This document shows, piece by piece, positions 1 through 12,856 of a DNA stretch of 64,000 bases; the stretch's first letter is position 1; every line of letters begins with the position of its first letter. The position numbers and the translations under genes are program-made. The notes below the pieces were generated by a model that saw nothing but the letters and a program-made list of their open reading frames with translations, made no database searches and was not told where the DNA came from. The stretch is from the NCBI RefSeq assembly GCF_006345805.1, contig NC_042998.1, positions 55,242,001 through 55,306,000 on the forward strand, in the 5' to 3' direction. Origin of the DNA: Octopus sinensis. Lineage: Eukaryota.

Positions 1-118
1 GCTTCTTTCAATTTCTGTCTACCAAATCCACTCACAAGGCTTTTAGTCGACCCGAGGTTATAGTAGAAGACACTTGCCGAAGGTGTCAAGCGAGCTCCTT
101 ACCACATAGCCACGCTTC
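1..118 (-). mobile_element. SINE family A (tRNA head + CORE-like domain), partial copy cut by the window start
   Basis: Reverse complement matches the head/CORE part of the fuller copies at 8219-8660 and 14540-14999 (ctactatagcctcgggtcgaccaaagccttgtgagtggatttggtagac). Confidence 0.85.
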
Positions 119-677
119 TGCCTATATATACGTATATGAAACAGTGTTTGATTGAAAGTTTATTTTCTCGGCCCTGATAGACTGAAAGGCAAAAACTGAG
201 TTCCAGTGAAACTTGAACATAGAACTTAAAGTGAGTCAAGTAACATCAAAAGGCATTTTGTCTACCACTCTACTGATTTTACCAGCCCACCGTCTTCTCA
301 GTAGGAGGTAGAAAAGCTATTGCTCTGAGGAAGTGAGTTTCAGTCGGGCAAAACAGCTTGTTTATTCTCTCCTCGACCACCCCACTAGTACACACACACA
401 CGTACACACATTCATGTATGTGTGTGTGAGTGTGTGTGTGTGCATGTGTGTATGTGCACGCGCATGCCGTACTCATGCACCAAGAAGCTAAATTTAAATA
501 TTCTCTGAACAGCAGCCACCTGATGTTGGTTTCCTAACCCAAACACTCCTTCGTTTGTAAATAGTGGAGATTTAGCTTGGCGCTACTTTCAATGAATCAA
601 TATTTTAAAGCAGAACGCGTAAACGGGTCACGCAACGACCAGTTACTCATATTCTCTATCCCAATCTGACACAGGCT

Positions 678-822
678 TGACCGCGTGATTAAGAAGCTCG
701 CTTTGCAGCCTCCGCGTGTTTCCTGGTTCAGTCCTACTGTGCGGCACCTTGTATTCTACTATAGCCCCGAGCCAACCTAAGCCTCGTGAGTGAATGTGAT
801 AGACAGAAATTGTGTGGAAGCC
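678..822 (+). mobile_element. SINE family A, degenerate 5' half
   Basis: B-box-like ggttcagtcc followed by a diverged gcggcaccttg...ttctactatagcccc CORE-like segment. Confidence 0.7.
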
Positions 823-832
823 TTAAGTATGT

Positions 833-971
<139 letters not shown>

Positions 972-977
972 GGAACA

Positions 978-1378
978 GGAGTGGCTATGTGGTAAGTAGC
1001 TTGTTTACCAATCCCATGGTTCCTGGTTCAATCCCACTGCGTGGCACCTGGGAGAGTGTCTTCTACTATAGCCTCAGGCAGACCAAAACCTTGAGAATGG
1101 ATTTGGTTGACGGAAACTGAAACAAGAAAAAGAGTATATCATACGTGCATATATATAAATTTTTATGTCCTCTACTGTAGCTTCGGGCTGACCAAAGCCT
1201 TGTGAGTGAATATGGTAGACGGAAACTGAAAGAAGCAGTGTGAGAGGGCGTTCGCGCGCGCGTAGGTTGATGTGTGTTTGTGTCTGTCTTTGTCCCCCCA
1301 CCTACTTGTCAACCAGTGTTGGTGCGTTTACGTATTCATAACGTAGCGGTTCAGGAAAAGATTCGATAGAACAAGTAC
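978..1378 (+). mobile_element. SINE family A with internal duplication of the CORE 3' segment
   Basis: A-box-like TGGCTATGTGG and B-box-like GGTTCAATCCC. The ctacta(t/g)agc...gacggaaactgaaa block occurs twice (~1065-1130 and ~1172-1232). Confidence 0.85.
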
Positions 1379-1719
1379 CGCCCGGGCAATGCTTTTATAG
1401 GGGTGGTGCTTTTGGGTCTGCTGCAGTAAGCTTGGGGGCTTGATAAGTTTGGGGGCCCAAGACGGAACAGCAAGCTCAGGGGCAACTCTGGGTGATACAC
1501 CTCACGCTACTGTGTATTCCCTTTTCAAGCTGAGCTGCTCATCAGTCTGTCTTTAGGTCGTTTCAGAAGAATATTACTCGTTCTATGAGATGAGGTTGCT
1601 ACCATTTCACTCAATTTTTTTCCGCTCCTGAAGAAAGGGATGGTATGTGTGGGCTTCCGCGATACTTTGACGGCGAGAGGGGTAGATAGATAGATAGCTA
1701 GATAGATAGATGGCCGACC

Positions 1720-1860
1720 CAAATATCTGACAGGTACTTTCTTTACCAATCCATGAAGGGTTAAAAAGAATTGACCTCGACAGAATTTGAAATTGGAGTG
1801 AAGAGAGTCAGAAAGAATTTCGCAAGGAGTTCTATCCGATGCTCTTGCGACTCTACCATT
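1720..1860 (-). mobile_element. SINE family B, degenerate
   Basis: Reverse complement resembles family B (gagttcaaatt...gaggtcgac...aaataagtacc). Confidence 0.55.
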
Positions 1861-1877
1861 ACCAATATTCTACATCG

Positions 1878-2091
1878 GCAAGCTGGTAGAATCGTTAGCA
1901 CGCCAGGTAAAATGCTTAGCGGCATTGTGTCCCTCTTTACGTTCTGAGTTCAAATGCCGGTGTGGTCGAACTTTACTTTTCATCTTTTCGGGTCGATAAA
2001 ATAAGCATCACTTGGACACTGGGGGTCGATGTAATTGAGTTATTCCCTCCCTCGAAATTGCTGGCCTTGTGCCAAAATTTGAAGCCAATAT
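1878..2091 (+). mobile_element. SINE family B (tRNA-like head gctggcagaatcgttagcacgccg...gagttcaaat)
   Basis: Same consensus as the best copy at 43368-43604, with the 3' end gctggccttgtgccaaaatttgaa. Confidence 0.85.
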
Positions 2092-2919
2092 TCTACTTTG
2101 CAGTGAGTTGACAAATAATTGGCAGAATCAGAAAGGGCGTCGGACTAACGATAATGCGGCACTTAGTTGCGTTCCTTTAAGTTTTGAGTTCGAATCCAGC
2201 CGAGATCATCTTTGCTTTTTTCACTCTGTGACGTCGTAAAATATATGCCACTGATGTATTTAAATGACCTAAAATGTGTGGGAGCTTGCACCATTAGCTA
2301 GAATCCATTATTAGTACAAGGGGCTATTCTAGTACATTATATAAATTTCAACAAAAGTCTATGAAAATATAATGCTTTAGAAAAAATGGAGGGTCGAAAA
2401 ATATAAGGGTGAAACTAAATCAGATAAAATAGTAGGAAGAAAGACGAGGAAAAGACAGTGAGAAAAATATATACCGGTTAAGGGAAGAAAAACGGAAATA
2501 GTATATAAATTATTAATAATAATAATAAAACGAGATCAAAATACGATTACACAGCCTGGAGAGTGTGGTGGAACTAGAAAAAAAATACAAAAGGAGAAAA
2601 ATTCAAATAAAAAGGAAAATAGTAAAAGAAAATAAGTTTTGCGAAAAAGGAAAAAAGAGCATACAATGGAATAGAATAATACAATAAAATAAAAGAACAT
2701 AGATGAAGATCTAACTGAAAAATCTTCCTTACGGTTCTTATTTTGAAGCTAAATCTAGGAAAAAGGAAGTATGAGGTTAATATTTGAAGACTGTCGAGAT
2801 TTAATAAGATGGCTTAAACTCTTACACTGTAAGGTTGTGAAGGGGTCAGAAACATTAAATCAGCGAGAAGAAGCTATTAGCAGGAAGAATACAGAAGGGG
2901 CAAAAAGGGCTTGGTGTTG

Positions 2920-3032
2920 GTGTTGATGATGATAGTGATAATGGCAGTGATAATGGTAGTGGTAGTGGTTGTGGTGGTGGTGTTGGTGATGGTGGTGGTG
3001 GTGGTGGTGGTGGTGGTGGCGGTGATGGTGGC
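2920..3032. repeat. (GGT)/(GAT) trinucleotide low-complexity tract
   Basis: Direct reading. It produces the spurious poly-His ORF at 2860-3069. Confidence 0.9.
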
Positions 3033-3235
3033 GCTTGGATGACAAGATTAAATCATGCAGCTTCATCACCTGAAGGCAAGCAGATGGTGATAAGATTTCA
3101 GAAAACTAGCCAGGCGCAAACAGCTAACTTCTCCAGGTCAACGGAGTTGTAGTGATAGTAGTAGTCATAATGGGACTGTGAGCAGCAGTCTTTCCATACG
3201 CCCTCACCACCACTGCCACCACCACGACCATCACT

Positions 3236-3270
<35 letters not shown>

Positions 3271-3329
3271 TAGTAGTGGCGAATAGAATTGGCGAGACGA
3301 TATAGATGCTTAGATTTTTAGGGACAGAT

Positions 3330-3890
3330 CAACAGACAATCGACTAAATGGAACCCAGATTTTGACTGCTACTTGAATTTTTCGACCCCCAAAGAATGAA
3401 AGCAAGTTAACCTCGGAGGGATTTGAACGCAGATGGTAGAGAGTCGTAATAAATACCGACGCTCTCATGATTCTGCCACTCTCATCGCTATAATTGTGAC
3501 GGTTCCTGATTTAGATAAAAGGCCAGAAAGTTGTAAGAGGCGGAGTTAGTCGTGACTGGTACTTCATCAAATCTGGAAGGATAAAAGATAAAGTTGATAT
3601 CAGTGGGATTTGAACTCGATTCGTAAAGAACCGGAATACATACCACAAGATATTTAAGTCAATACTCTAACGATTCTTCTAATTCAACGCAATAACTATT
3701 TCTAACATAGACACAAGGTTCGAAATCTGAGGGAGGGATTCAGTTGATATAATCGACCCCAGTTCTTGCTTAGTACTTTGTTTAATTAATTCCGGAAGGT
3801 TGAAAAGCAAAATCGACCGCGGCAGGATTTGAACTGGAAACGTAAAACGCCGGTGAAATTTCACAAAGGCATTTTATCCTACGTTCTAAC
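3330..3890 (-). mobile_element. Three adjacent degenerate SINE family B copies
   Basis: Repeated reverse-complement motifs ggaatttgaac, tcgacccc and cgttctaac at ~3330-3480, 3520-3680 and 3700-3890. Confidence 0.6.
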
Positions 3891-3893
3891 AAT

Positions 3894-4260
3894 TACTCTT
3901 ACTCTTTTACTCTTTTACTTGTTTCAGTCATTTGACTGTGGCCATGCTGGAGCACCGCCTTTAGTCGAACAAATCGACCCCAGGACTTATTCTTTGTAAG
4001 TCTAGTACTTATTCTATCGGTTCTCTTTTGCCGAACCGCTAAGTTACGGGGGAACAAACACACACACAAACATATACACACACATACATATATATACACA
4101 TATATATACGACGGGCTTCTTTCAGTTTCCGTCTACCCAATCCACTCACAAGGTTTTGGTCGGCCCGAGGCTATAGTAGAAGACACTTGCGCAAGGTGCC
4201 ACGCAGTGGAATTGAACCCGGAACCATGTGGTTCGTAAGCAAGCTACTTACCACACAGCA
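3894..4260 (-). mobile_element. SINE family A, near full length
   Basis: Head, CORE-like domain, internal (CA/TA) microsatellite, 3' domain and (GTAAAAGA)n tail on the minus strand. Confidence 0.92.
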
Positions 4261-4299
4261 ACAAATATTTATACTAATAATTGTTTCTACGTGGACACA

Positions 4300-4495
4300 A
4301 AGCCTGAAATTTTCGGGAGGTGGGTAGACGATTACATCGACTTCAGTGCTGAGCTGGAACCTCAATATATCGATCCCGAAAGGATGAAAAGCAAAGAGGA
4401 CCACAGCGGAATTTGAAATTAAAATATAAGCAGCCGAAAGAAATGCCGCTAAATATTTTGTTCGAAGCATTAACGATTCTACCAGCTCGCACTTT
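4300..4495 (-). mobile_element. SINE family B, degenerate
   Basis: Reverse complement of the gctggtagaatcgttaatgc...ttcaaattccgc...cctttcggg consensus. Confidence 0.7.
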
Positions 4496-4899
4496 AATAG
4501 TAATATTAATAATAATCAACAATAACATCAACAATGTAGAATTTTTTGTTAGTCGTGGCTTACACTACTTATGTGGTTGGACGTGATTATGATGTCATTA
4601 AACAAATTCAATTAAATAATGCATATTAAATTTCATTAGATATGTCAGTATTACTCCGGTTGTTGGTATTAATCTGCCTGTTGCAGTATTTGTTACTTCT
4701 GAGCTTTTTTTTGCCCTTTTTTTCCTAGTCTGAACGAACGATACGGGTCCATGGGTTTTACAAGTCCTCCTGTTGTGATTCGAACTCTAACCGTTCGATA
4801 TTCGGTTAGGCATCACGAGTGAGCCACCACAGTTTCACGTGATTGATCTATGAATCTGGGTGAAGCTGTGGCGTGAAATGGGTTCTTTGATGTTCTAAA

Positions 4900-4902
4900 T
4901 CT

Positions 4903-4948
<46 letters not shown>

Positions 4949-5005
4949 CATCCATCCATCCATCCATCCATCCATCCATCCATCCATCCATCCATCCATC
5001 CATCT

Positions 5006-5045
<40 letters not shown>
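4900..5045. repeat. (ATCT)n/(ATCC)n compound tetranucleotide microsatellite
   Basis: Direct reading. Confidence 0.95.
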
Positions 5046-5046
<1 letters not shown>

Positions 5047-5047
5047 A

Positions 5048-5106
<59 letters not shown>

Positions 5107-5111
5107 ATAAG

Positions 5112-5350
5112 CTAGCTGGCATTCAATTGGCATATCAAGTTTCGGACATTTTGATTGGATTTTGGATAGAAAATTCACAAAAAGTCACTTCTATTGATTT
5201 TTAATGGGGAAATGTAAAGATGTGCACGACCATCTTGAACGGTTTTGAATGACCATAGAAAGTGCGAGCTCTCTAACTGAAAAATTGTGGATTTGTATAA
5301 AGGATACACACACACACACAGACAGACATTTTGCCGTTTATATATATATA
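5112..5350 (-). mobile_element. Helitron-like non-autonomous element fragment
   Basis: CTAG at one end (5112-5115) and acacacagacagacatt...tttatatatata at the other, the same terminal architecture as 47494-48029. No clear subterminal hairpin. Confidence 0.4.
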
Positions 5351-5854
5351 TGTGCTGGCCAGCTGTAGATGTCTTCTTGGAGCAAAGACAACAGTAATAC
5401 TGTCCTCTATAGGACCGCCACATTTAGTTGGCAAATATATTTTAAGATTCCGTACCGTTACTGTTTATCTCGCGCTCAGACATTTAGTATAAATTATCTC
5501 TCTCTCTTTACGAGATCAGCGACGGTGTGTCGCTGGAAAAAGCATATAATATTTTGCGAGTTCTTCACCACTAGCCTGCGATTAACACACACAGAAGACA
5601 GGTAACCATTCAGAAACCTAAGTCTATGTGTATCACTTGCGATGGGAGCGATGATCTCCCTCGCGAATAATAATCGAACGCGGACTGTGTGACGTTGTCC
5701 AGCTGGAGGAGATGTCTTCCTGGGGCTAAAACAACAGTAAAACCGTCTCCATAGGAACGACACATTTAGTTGGCAAAAAATATATATGTATGTGTGTGTG
5801 TGTGTGTGTGTGTGCGCGTGAGTGCGTATGTATATGTACATATGTATATGTATG

Positions 5855-5913
<59 letters not shown>

Positions 5914-5936
5914 AAATATGTATGTATATGTATAAA

Positions 5937-6009
<73 letters not shown>

Positions 6010-7034
6010 AATATATTTGTGTGTTTCTAATTTAGGTGTAATGTCAGCAAGAAAGACGGTAGAATAAGTACTACACTTTAAAAGAAAATAAATACTAGGC
6101 TTAACACGTTCGATTAAACCTTCCGAGGCGGTGTCCAAGCATGGCTATAGTCCACGACGATACTTGAGTTTTATCAGAAAAATCACAATTTTGCTCAGCT
6201 TTACTTTTATGACTGTCGTATTTCATTTTGTAAAATGAGATCCATCAATGAAAAACGTTAAAGCAACCTTTAAACTGACACAAGATCTCTAGGTTATCCT
6301 TCGTGTTAACAAGGCTTTGAAAACCTATTGAAATCAAACATTGATCATGCAGTTTTCGATTTGTATCAGATAAATCAGTCATAATTTCCCAAATCAACTG
6401 GTTATAATGAATCGTTTCGAAGCTGATTAGGGGAAGGCTTCAAATAACATTCGTTAATGATTCTACGATGTTGTCCACTAAGTGCTGCTGTGGCTTTTCA
6501 GCGTAGATTCAAGGTGTGTTACACTAAATAATGCAGATGGAAGGAAAATACATGTAAAGCAATCAGTTAATGGGCATCAACACATGATAGGGCGAATAAT
6601 CTGTTACTATAGCAACTAAGAGAACAGCACTTCCTAACTTTGAATAATTGCTTATATACAGTTTTTGAAAAGTATTGGGTTCGATTCCAAACAGCTAAGT
6701 TTATGTCATTTTTATAGGTTTGAATATTTCTTTTGTTGGCATTTTATACATATTCATGCTCGAATGCACATGCACGTATATGCATGCATATATACATAAA
6801 TACATACACACACACAAGAATAATCAGCCGAAATTGCGAGGATAATCTGGTGCTTGACTGAGGAAAGAAAACTTCGAATGAGCCGTACTTGTTTTCTTTG
6901 CATCGTCTATCTGGATGTTTTGTTGACCCTTTTTGTATCACCTAGTTGTCCGGATGTTTTGCATTCTTGTCCCATTTTGTATTTTACATACATACACATA
7001 CATACATACATACATACATACATACATACATACA

Positions 7035-7067
<33 letters not shown>

Positions 7068-7419
7068 GGGCAAAAGAGACTGACTCGGTTTCTCCAAATC
7101 CAATCTATTTGTAGCTCAGCGGAGATTTGTAAAACATTCCAAAAATTCTTTATCAGAGATTCTTATCTTTTACTCGTTTCAGCCAAGCTGTAGCATATGC
7201 ACACACCTGGTGTATATATCAACGGTTCAAACGACACACCAACTCGACCATATATTAACAAACACCAGGAACTCTCCTAACTAAAAAAGTCTTGTAACTT
7301 TGTTATCGACCGACTTACGTACATATATATATACATACATACATACATACATACATACGTACGTACATACGTACATACATACATACATAGGTACGTACGT
7401 GCGTACATACATACATACA

Positions 7420-7450
<31 letters not shown>

Positions 7451-7499
7451 GTATCTACGTATATACATGCATACATGCATGCGCACATGCATACATACA

Positions 7500-7527
<28 letters not shown>

Positions 7528-7530
<3 letters not shown>

Positions 7531-7715
7531 GCTGAACTATTGAAAAATCTACAGTTACTCTGCCCAAATTACAAATGTCCTGTAATTATTGGGGCACTGG
7601 GTTATGTAACACACCAATCTTGAGAAATTGGGCTTCTCAAAATCAGAAAGGAGAAAGCTGATTTAAAGACTGCAGATCCGAGCTATCACTGGAACTGTAA
7701 AAACCCTAAAACTTC
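7528..7715 (+). mobile_element. Extreme C-terminal fragment of an RLE-type (R4/NeSL-like) non-LTR retrotransposon ORF, decayed
   Basis: Translates as YAELLKNLQLLCPNYKCPVIIGALGYV, then after a frameshift LEKLGFSKSERRKLI*RLQIRAITGTVK. This matches the Y..L...L...P.IIGALG...LQ....GT motif also seen at 17532-17735. Confidence 0.65.
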
Positions 7716-8218
7716 GCTCCATCCTCTGCTGTAAAGATGCCACATACAATGTTATATGCCCGCCTTTGTCTCAATGAAGATTTCCTTGAAAATAACAATT
7801 AGGCCCGATTCTAAGTTTTCTTTTAAATGGAACAAAGAAAGCCTCTGATGATTTAGAAAAGCTCAAACTAGTTACCCTCGTCCTCTCGCGTGCCTCTCTG
7901 ATGCATTGTGGTAGTCAAGCGCCTGTCTTGCGAACAAAATGTTGTCAAGATTTCATACTTACAACAAAAGGTTCCATATTGCGAATTGCTTTCTTTGACG
8001 CATCGTTTGTGAAGGGCAGCGTTTCATTTTTCGTATTTACATTTGACGCAATGCATACTCACATACTGTTGTTGTCGCTGCCGCTGCTTCTACTGCTACT
8101 ACTACTGCTGATCCCACTGATGCTGTTGTTGTTTTTTTTGTCGCCGTTGTTGTTGACAACATTTCTACTGAAAGTATTTAAAACTAATGTTAAAGTGTTT
8201 TCTTCTTGCTCATGCACA

Positions 8219-8375
8219 GAAGTGGCTGTGTGGTAAGTAGCTTGCTTACCAACCACATGGTTCCGGGTTCAGTCCCACTACGTGGCACCTTGGGCAAGTG
8301 TCTTCTACTATAGCCTCGGGTCGACCAAAGCCTTGTGAGTGGATTTGGTAGACGGAAATTGAAAGAAGCTCGTCG

Positions 8376-8419
<44 letters not shown>

Positions 8420-8660
8420 GTGTGTGTGTGTGGTGTGTGTGTGTGTGTGTGTGTGCATGTATGTTTGTGTGTCTGTGTTTGTCCCCTAGCATTGCTTGAC
8501 AACCGATGCTGGTGTGTTTATGTCCCCATCACTTAGCGGTTCAGCAAAAGAGTACTGTGCTTACAAAGAATAAGTCTCGGGGTCGAGTTGCTCGATTAAA
8601 GGCGGTGCTCCAGCATGGCCGCAGTCAAATGACTGAAACAAGTAAAAGAGTAAAGAGAGT
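8219..8660 (+). mobile_element. SINE family A, near full length
   Basis: A box TGGCTGTGTGG, B box GGTTCAGTCCC, CORE-like gtggcaccttgggcaagtgtc, central (TA)(TG) repeat and gtaaaagag tail. Confidence 0.93.
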
Positions 8661-8943
8661 ATACCCTTCTATGGAAATGAGACAGAAATCGTCAAATGTG
8701 GTTACATAATCTCTGCACTAATAACTATATTATTTCTTGCGTAGGCTTTAATATTAAGCCTATTTTCATTTAACTAATTAATTGAAAACAAGTAGTTTAA
8801 TGTCGGATTATATTATGAAGACCGCCGTCAAATAATGCAGCAGCTAAGGGAAAGCAGTGACTAGTGTTTGCGACCTGGTTCCGATTGCACGATGAAAACA
8901 TTTGCTTTACTGACACCAAATTTTGTTAATATATATATATATA

Positions 8944-9297
8944 TATTATATATAATCCGTTGTGTGTGTGTGTCTTCAAGAATCTCGAGCATCCTCCATC
9001 CCATTGCGCTCAAATTTGATATGTAGATACCGACGGTATCAGGGCGTGTATAAGTCAGGAAAAAATTACAAAGATCGATTCCAGGTGAGAATGCAATCGA
9101 TAAAGCCGTGGGAACGTGCATTTGTACGCGCAAGTACATCAGTCGAAATCCGTCTTTTCCCGGTGTCTCAAATTTAAGTTAAATCAGTGTTTCTCAAAGG
9201 GGAGGGCAATGGGACGGTCAGACAAATTGTTTTGAGAAAATTTGGTTTAAATGTTTGACAACTCAGCACCGTCCATTGGATGGGGGGCGTTTTGCCC

Positions 9298-9298
<1 letters not shown>
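8944..9298 (+). mobile_element. Helitron-like non-autonomous element (second copy at 39142-39523)
   Basis: Colinear homology over ~350 bp with the reverse complement of 39142-39523. Subterminal hairpin ccgtccattgga(t)gg precedes the end CCCG|T. Inserted in (TA)n. Confidence 0.65.
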
Positions 9299-9387
<89 letters not shown>

Positions 9388-9692
9388 ATATATATATATA
9401 TGGCAAATGAAAGACGGAAGATGGACGATACGAGAATTTATTATTAATCACAATTGTTTCAATACATCTAACATCGATCCCTCACGTATGGGACAGTCAA
9501 CAACTTTTTCAAGAGCATTCGGCGATGCAAATATGTAATGGGTACTACGAGGCCGAAGTGGCATAGGAGGCTTCAAGAATGATGAGAGGTGGAAAGACGA
9601 GTGGTGTGAGAGTATCTGAGAGACAATACTCAGCCAGTTCCAAGAAACAAATGCCATTGCAGATATGTCAGGAACAACAGGGAGAGAGAGAC

Positions 9693-9731
<39 letters not shown>

Positions 9732-10699
9732 GAGAGAGAAGACAGTACGCTTCTGGAGCAGAGATTAGAGCGTGTCCGTAAATGACTGAACATCAAATAA
9801 TCAGGTTGCCTTTCTCTGAATGCTGGCCACGATGTGTAGTAACATAGTAACAGAACCGTTCAAGATGTTGAAACAGTGCTCTACAGTGATCCTCACTTCA
9901 GAATTCTAGCTGTTGGAGGCTAAAAATATTTTTGATAGGGAAGAGAAGAGTCAGCCCCTCATGGAACTCGAATGTCAATTTATACAGATTTTGGTGCTGA
10001 ATATCTTTAAAAGTAATAATACTATTTGACTAAAATTGGCAACTCCTAGTAATCTGAATCCATCCTGTCAGACTCTGCTATCAGAATCGTTATATCTTTC
10101 TTCATTTTCAAGTTACTGGCCTTTCAAATATGAACCTTTTTATGGGCGAAAAATAAATCAACATTCAAGAGTCCCCCCATGAGGCCAAGATTTCTAATAC
10201 AAGTAAGCTTCTGCTGAGTTTCTTTAATTTGAGGACTAATCTGAAGGGGCTTATTAATATTTTGCTCCTATAGTAATATACTAATGTATTACTAAAGTTT
10301 ATCAAGAAAATGTCACGTCGAATATTGCATATTGTGGTCCAAGGAGCACTATGAGTAAAAGACCAGGTGGCAATGCAGGAATGCTTTTGGTCATAGGTCT
10401 GTTCAGTCAGCGCTATCTTCGGTCTAAACAACAACGCTAAAATATTATAGAGAAACCAAACGATATAAATTCCAAACTTGCAATTAAAGCCAAAACTCTG
10501 TCACTTCTACAATTAATCAGAATCTCGAGCTAAATAGGGTACCTCTACATAGTCATCAAACTTGCTAGAAATAGCTGTTAAATCTTTATCAAATTATGCT
10601 CTACCGACTTAATTGAAGAAATACGACGTATAGGATATACAAAAATGCACAGGTTTGTCACGGAACACCTTCGGTGTCAGGCCTGACCGATAAGAGATA

Positions 10700-11024
10700 A
10701 CTGGTACTTCATCGGTTACGACCACGAGGGTTCCGGTTAATCCAATCAACGGAATAACAGTCTGCTCGTTGAAGGGGTTAAGAGGGGTTGAGCACTCCAC
10801 AGACGCGTACCCTTAAGGTAGTTCTCGGTGATTCAGCGAGACACACAATGTGACATGGTTGGCATTTTGAATTATAGATACGACTCATTTTTGCCAGCTG
10901 AGTAGACTGGAGCGACGTGAAATAATGTGCCTTGTCCAAGGACACAACGCGCGGCCGGGAATCGAACTCACGACCTTACGATCATGAACCCAACACTCTA
11001 AACATGAAGCTATGCGCTTTCACC
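10700..11024 (-). mobile_element. SINE family D (tRNA head + CORE domain + distinct 3' tail)
   Basis: Minus strand reads gagttcgattcccggccgcgcgttgtgtccttggacaaggcac...cagctggcaaaaatgagt (B box + CORE), then the tail gagaactaccttaagggtacgcgtctgtggagtgctc...gaaccctcgtggtcgtaaccg. Confidence 0.8.
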
Positions 11025-11039
11025 CGATAAGAGATTAGT

Positions 11040-11230
11040 TAGGACTGAGCAACATAGTCATTCAACCAACAGATCTCGATCAAACTACATCTTAAACAAA
11101 GCGGAAGGACATTAGGTATTCTATAGTCTCTGGTATATAAAAGGGCAGGATGATCATGGCTGGAACGCTGTTTTTGATCGTAGGCATTGCTTGATTAGGG
11201 CTGATGAATTGGATGGCTAAACAACAACGA
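11040..11230 (+). repeat. Old, highly diverged interspersed repeat (probably an ancient SINE body)
   Basis: Shared motifs ctgctagaaatagc, ggaaggacattgg and tttgatcataggtc...gggctaaacaacaac recur at ~10330-10440, 10540-10610, 32060-32270, 32380-32460, 47830-47900, 61230-61390, 63180-63260 and, reversed, at ~31370-31490. Confidence 0.5.
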
Positions 11231-11259
11231 ATTGCACTTTACGGATTGAGGCTCTCACC

Positions 11260-11720
11260 ACCACCACTAGCAATACCACCACCACCTGCACCACCACCAC
11301 CACCGCCACCAACACCACCACCGCCACCACCACCACCACCACCACTACCGCCACCACCACTACCTCTACCATCGACTTATAAATGGCCCAACTTTACCTT
11401 TTATCTTTCTTGGGTCGATAAATATACTGCTAGGCACTAAGGTCGATTTTTTTTACTTCAGCCTTTCATTTCTTTGCTACTGTTTCCCTTCTTCTTCTTC
11501 TTCTTCTTCTTCTTCTTCTTCTTCTTCTTCTTCTTTCTTCTTTCTTTCTTCTTCTTCTTTTTCTTATCTTCTTCTTTTTCTTCTTCTTCTTCCTCCTCTT
11601 CTTCTTCTTATTATTATTACTATTACTATTATTATTATTATTATTATATTATTATTATTATTATTATTATTATTCTCCCTCTCTCTTCTTTCCTTCCTCC
11701 CTCCCCATCTCTCTCTTTCC
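11260..11720. repeat. (CCA)n, (CTT)n and (ATT)n trinucleotide microsatellite cluster
   Basis: Direct reading. It is the source of the spurious poly-Pro/Phe/Ser/Tyr ORFs. Confidence 0.95.
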
Positions 11721-12452
11721 CTCTCTCTCTCCCTCTTTCTCTGAACTGTAAACGCAGCATAGTTAGTTAAAAGATTCATAGTAGATGGACCAATTCACCA
11801 TGTCCCTTCGGCTCAATTTTTCTGTCAAAATACATAACATTTGCCAACAAGAATGCAGGAAGCTGCTTAAAATTAATTGAACGTTATTTCGCAGGAATAT
11901 TGAAAATATTTTGACAAAATACTTAATCAATAAATATCAATCAAATTAAAGAGAGCTGTGAATTACAGCATTTAACCTTGTTTCACTCACTTAGTTGCCC
12001 CCTTAATTCGTTTCCCATCTGCCATTTCGTGTCCTCCTTTTCGCTTGTTTTCAGAAGTTGCCTGTTTAGCGTGCCATAACAGTTGATAAATTGATTTTCT
12101 CTTAATGAATACAAATGCACCAACTTGTGTAAGTGGGTAATTTGGGATCTCTTATATTTGTCCAACTTTAAAAAAAAATAACGTCAAAATGTGTATTTAT
12201 GTTTGTGATGTGTGTGCGTGAGAGAGAGAGAGAGAGAGAGGGGAGAGAGAGAGAGAGAGAGAGAGGAAGTGTATGTACATATGTATATGTATATATATAT
12301 ATATACATATATGCATATGCTTATGTGTAAATTTGTAAACACACATATAAATATATATGTGTGTGTGTGTGAATATATATATATGTGTGTGTGTGTGTAA
12401 ATAAGTAATATGCATATATATGTGCATGTATATATATATATATATATATATA

Positions 12453-12662
12453 TAACGGGAAGCTTTATGAAAATAAACAAAAGACGAAGGCAGGTGGAAA
12501 ACAAACGAACAATTGTATTAGTATGGCGCTCAGGAAATATAAATAAAACAAGTCTTTAACGTTTCGAGCCTACGCTCTTCAACAGAAAGATACAGAGAGA
12601 GAGAAAAACACAGAAAGAAGGAGAGAAAAAAAATGCGTGCAGTAGCTAACGAATCAACATGG

Positions 12663-12664
<2 letters not shown>
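12453..12664 (-). mobile_element. Penelope-like tail/pLTR fragment with a minimal hammerhead-like motif (copy 1)
   Basis: Minus strand 12590-12553 reads TCTTT CTGTTGA A GAGC GTAG GCTC GAA ACGT T AAAGA. Homologous to 42870-43020. The Penelope assignment is inference. Confidence 0.5.
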
Positions 12665-12723
<59 letters not shown>

Positions 12724-12856
12724 TGCATATGTTTATGTGTAAATTTGTAAACACATATATATATATGTGTGTGTGAATATATATATATGTGTGTGTGTGT
12801 GTAAATAAGTAATATGCATATATATGTGCATGTATATATATATATATATATATATA

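Noticed and set aside
1381-1512. GC-rich gggggccc-containing block ending in cacgctactg, and a similar block at 32475-32650
   Set aside because: Resembles small MITEs, but I could not match both termini or a TSD.
1520-1550. Minus-strand CTGATGA...GAAA
   Set aside because: No helix III or NUH site and no helix I partner; chance core match.
2400-2760. Strongly A/G-skewed 360-bp stretch
   Set aside because: Low-complexity purine tract with no periodicity or ORF.
5353-5780. Diverged ~85-bp direct repeat (5353-5432 versus 5698-5780)
   Set aside because: Shares ctggggctaaa(c)aaca and gacacatt motifs with the old dispersed repeat family, so it is best explained as two degenerate fragments.
7840-7885. 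CTGATGA...AAACTAGT downstream of the RLE fragment
   Set aside because: G12 is missing and helix I does not pair; at best a dead remnant.
9400-9500. Minus-strand GAAACAATTGT palindrome with a PLE-like tail ending ctttcatttg
   Set aside because: Architecture resembles the 35.4 kb block, but no CUGANGA core is recoverable.
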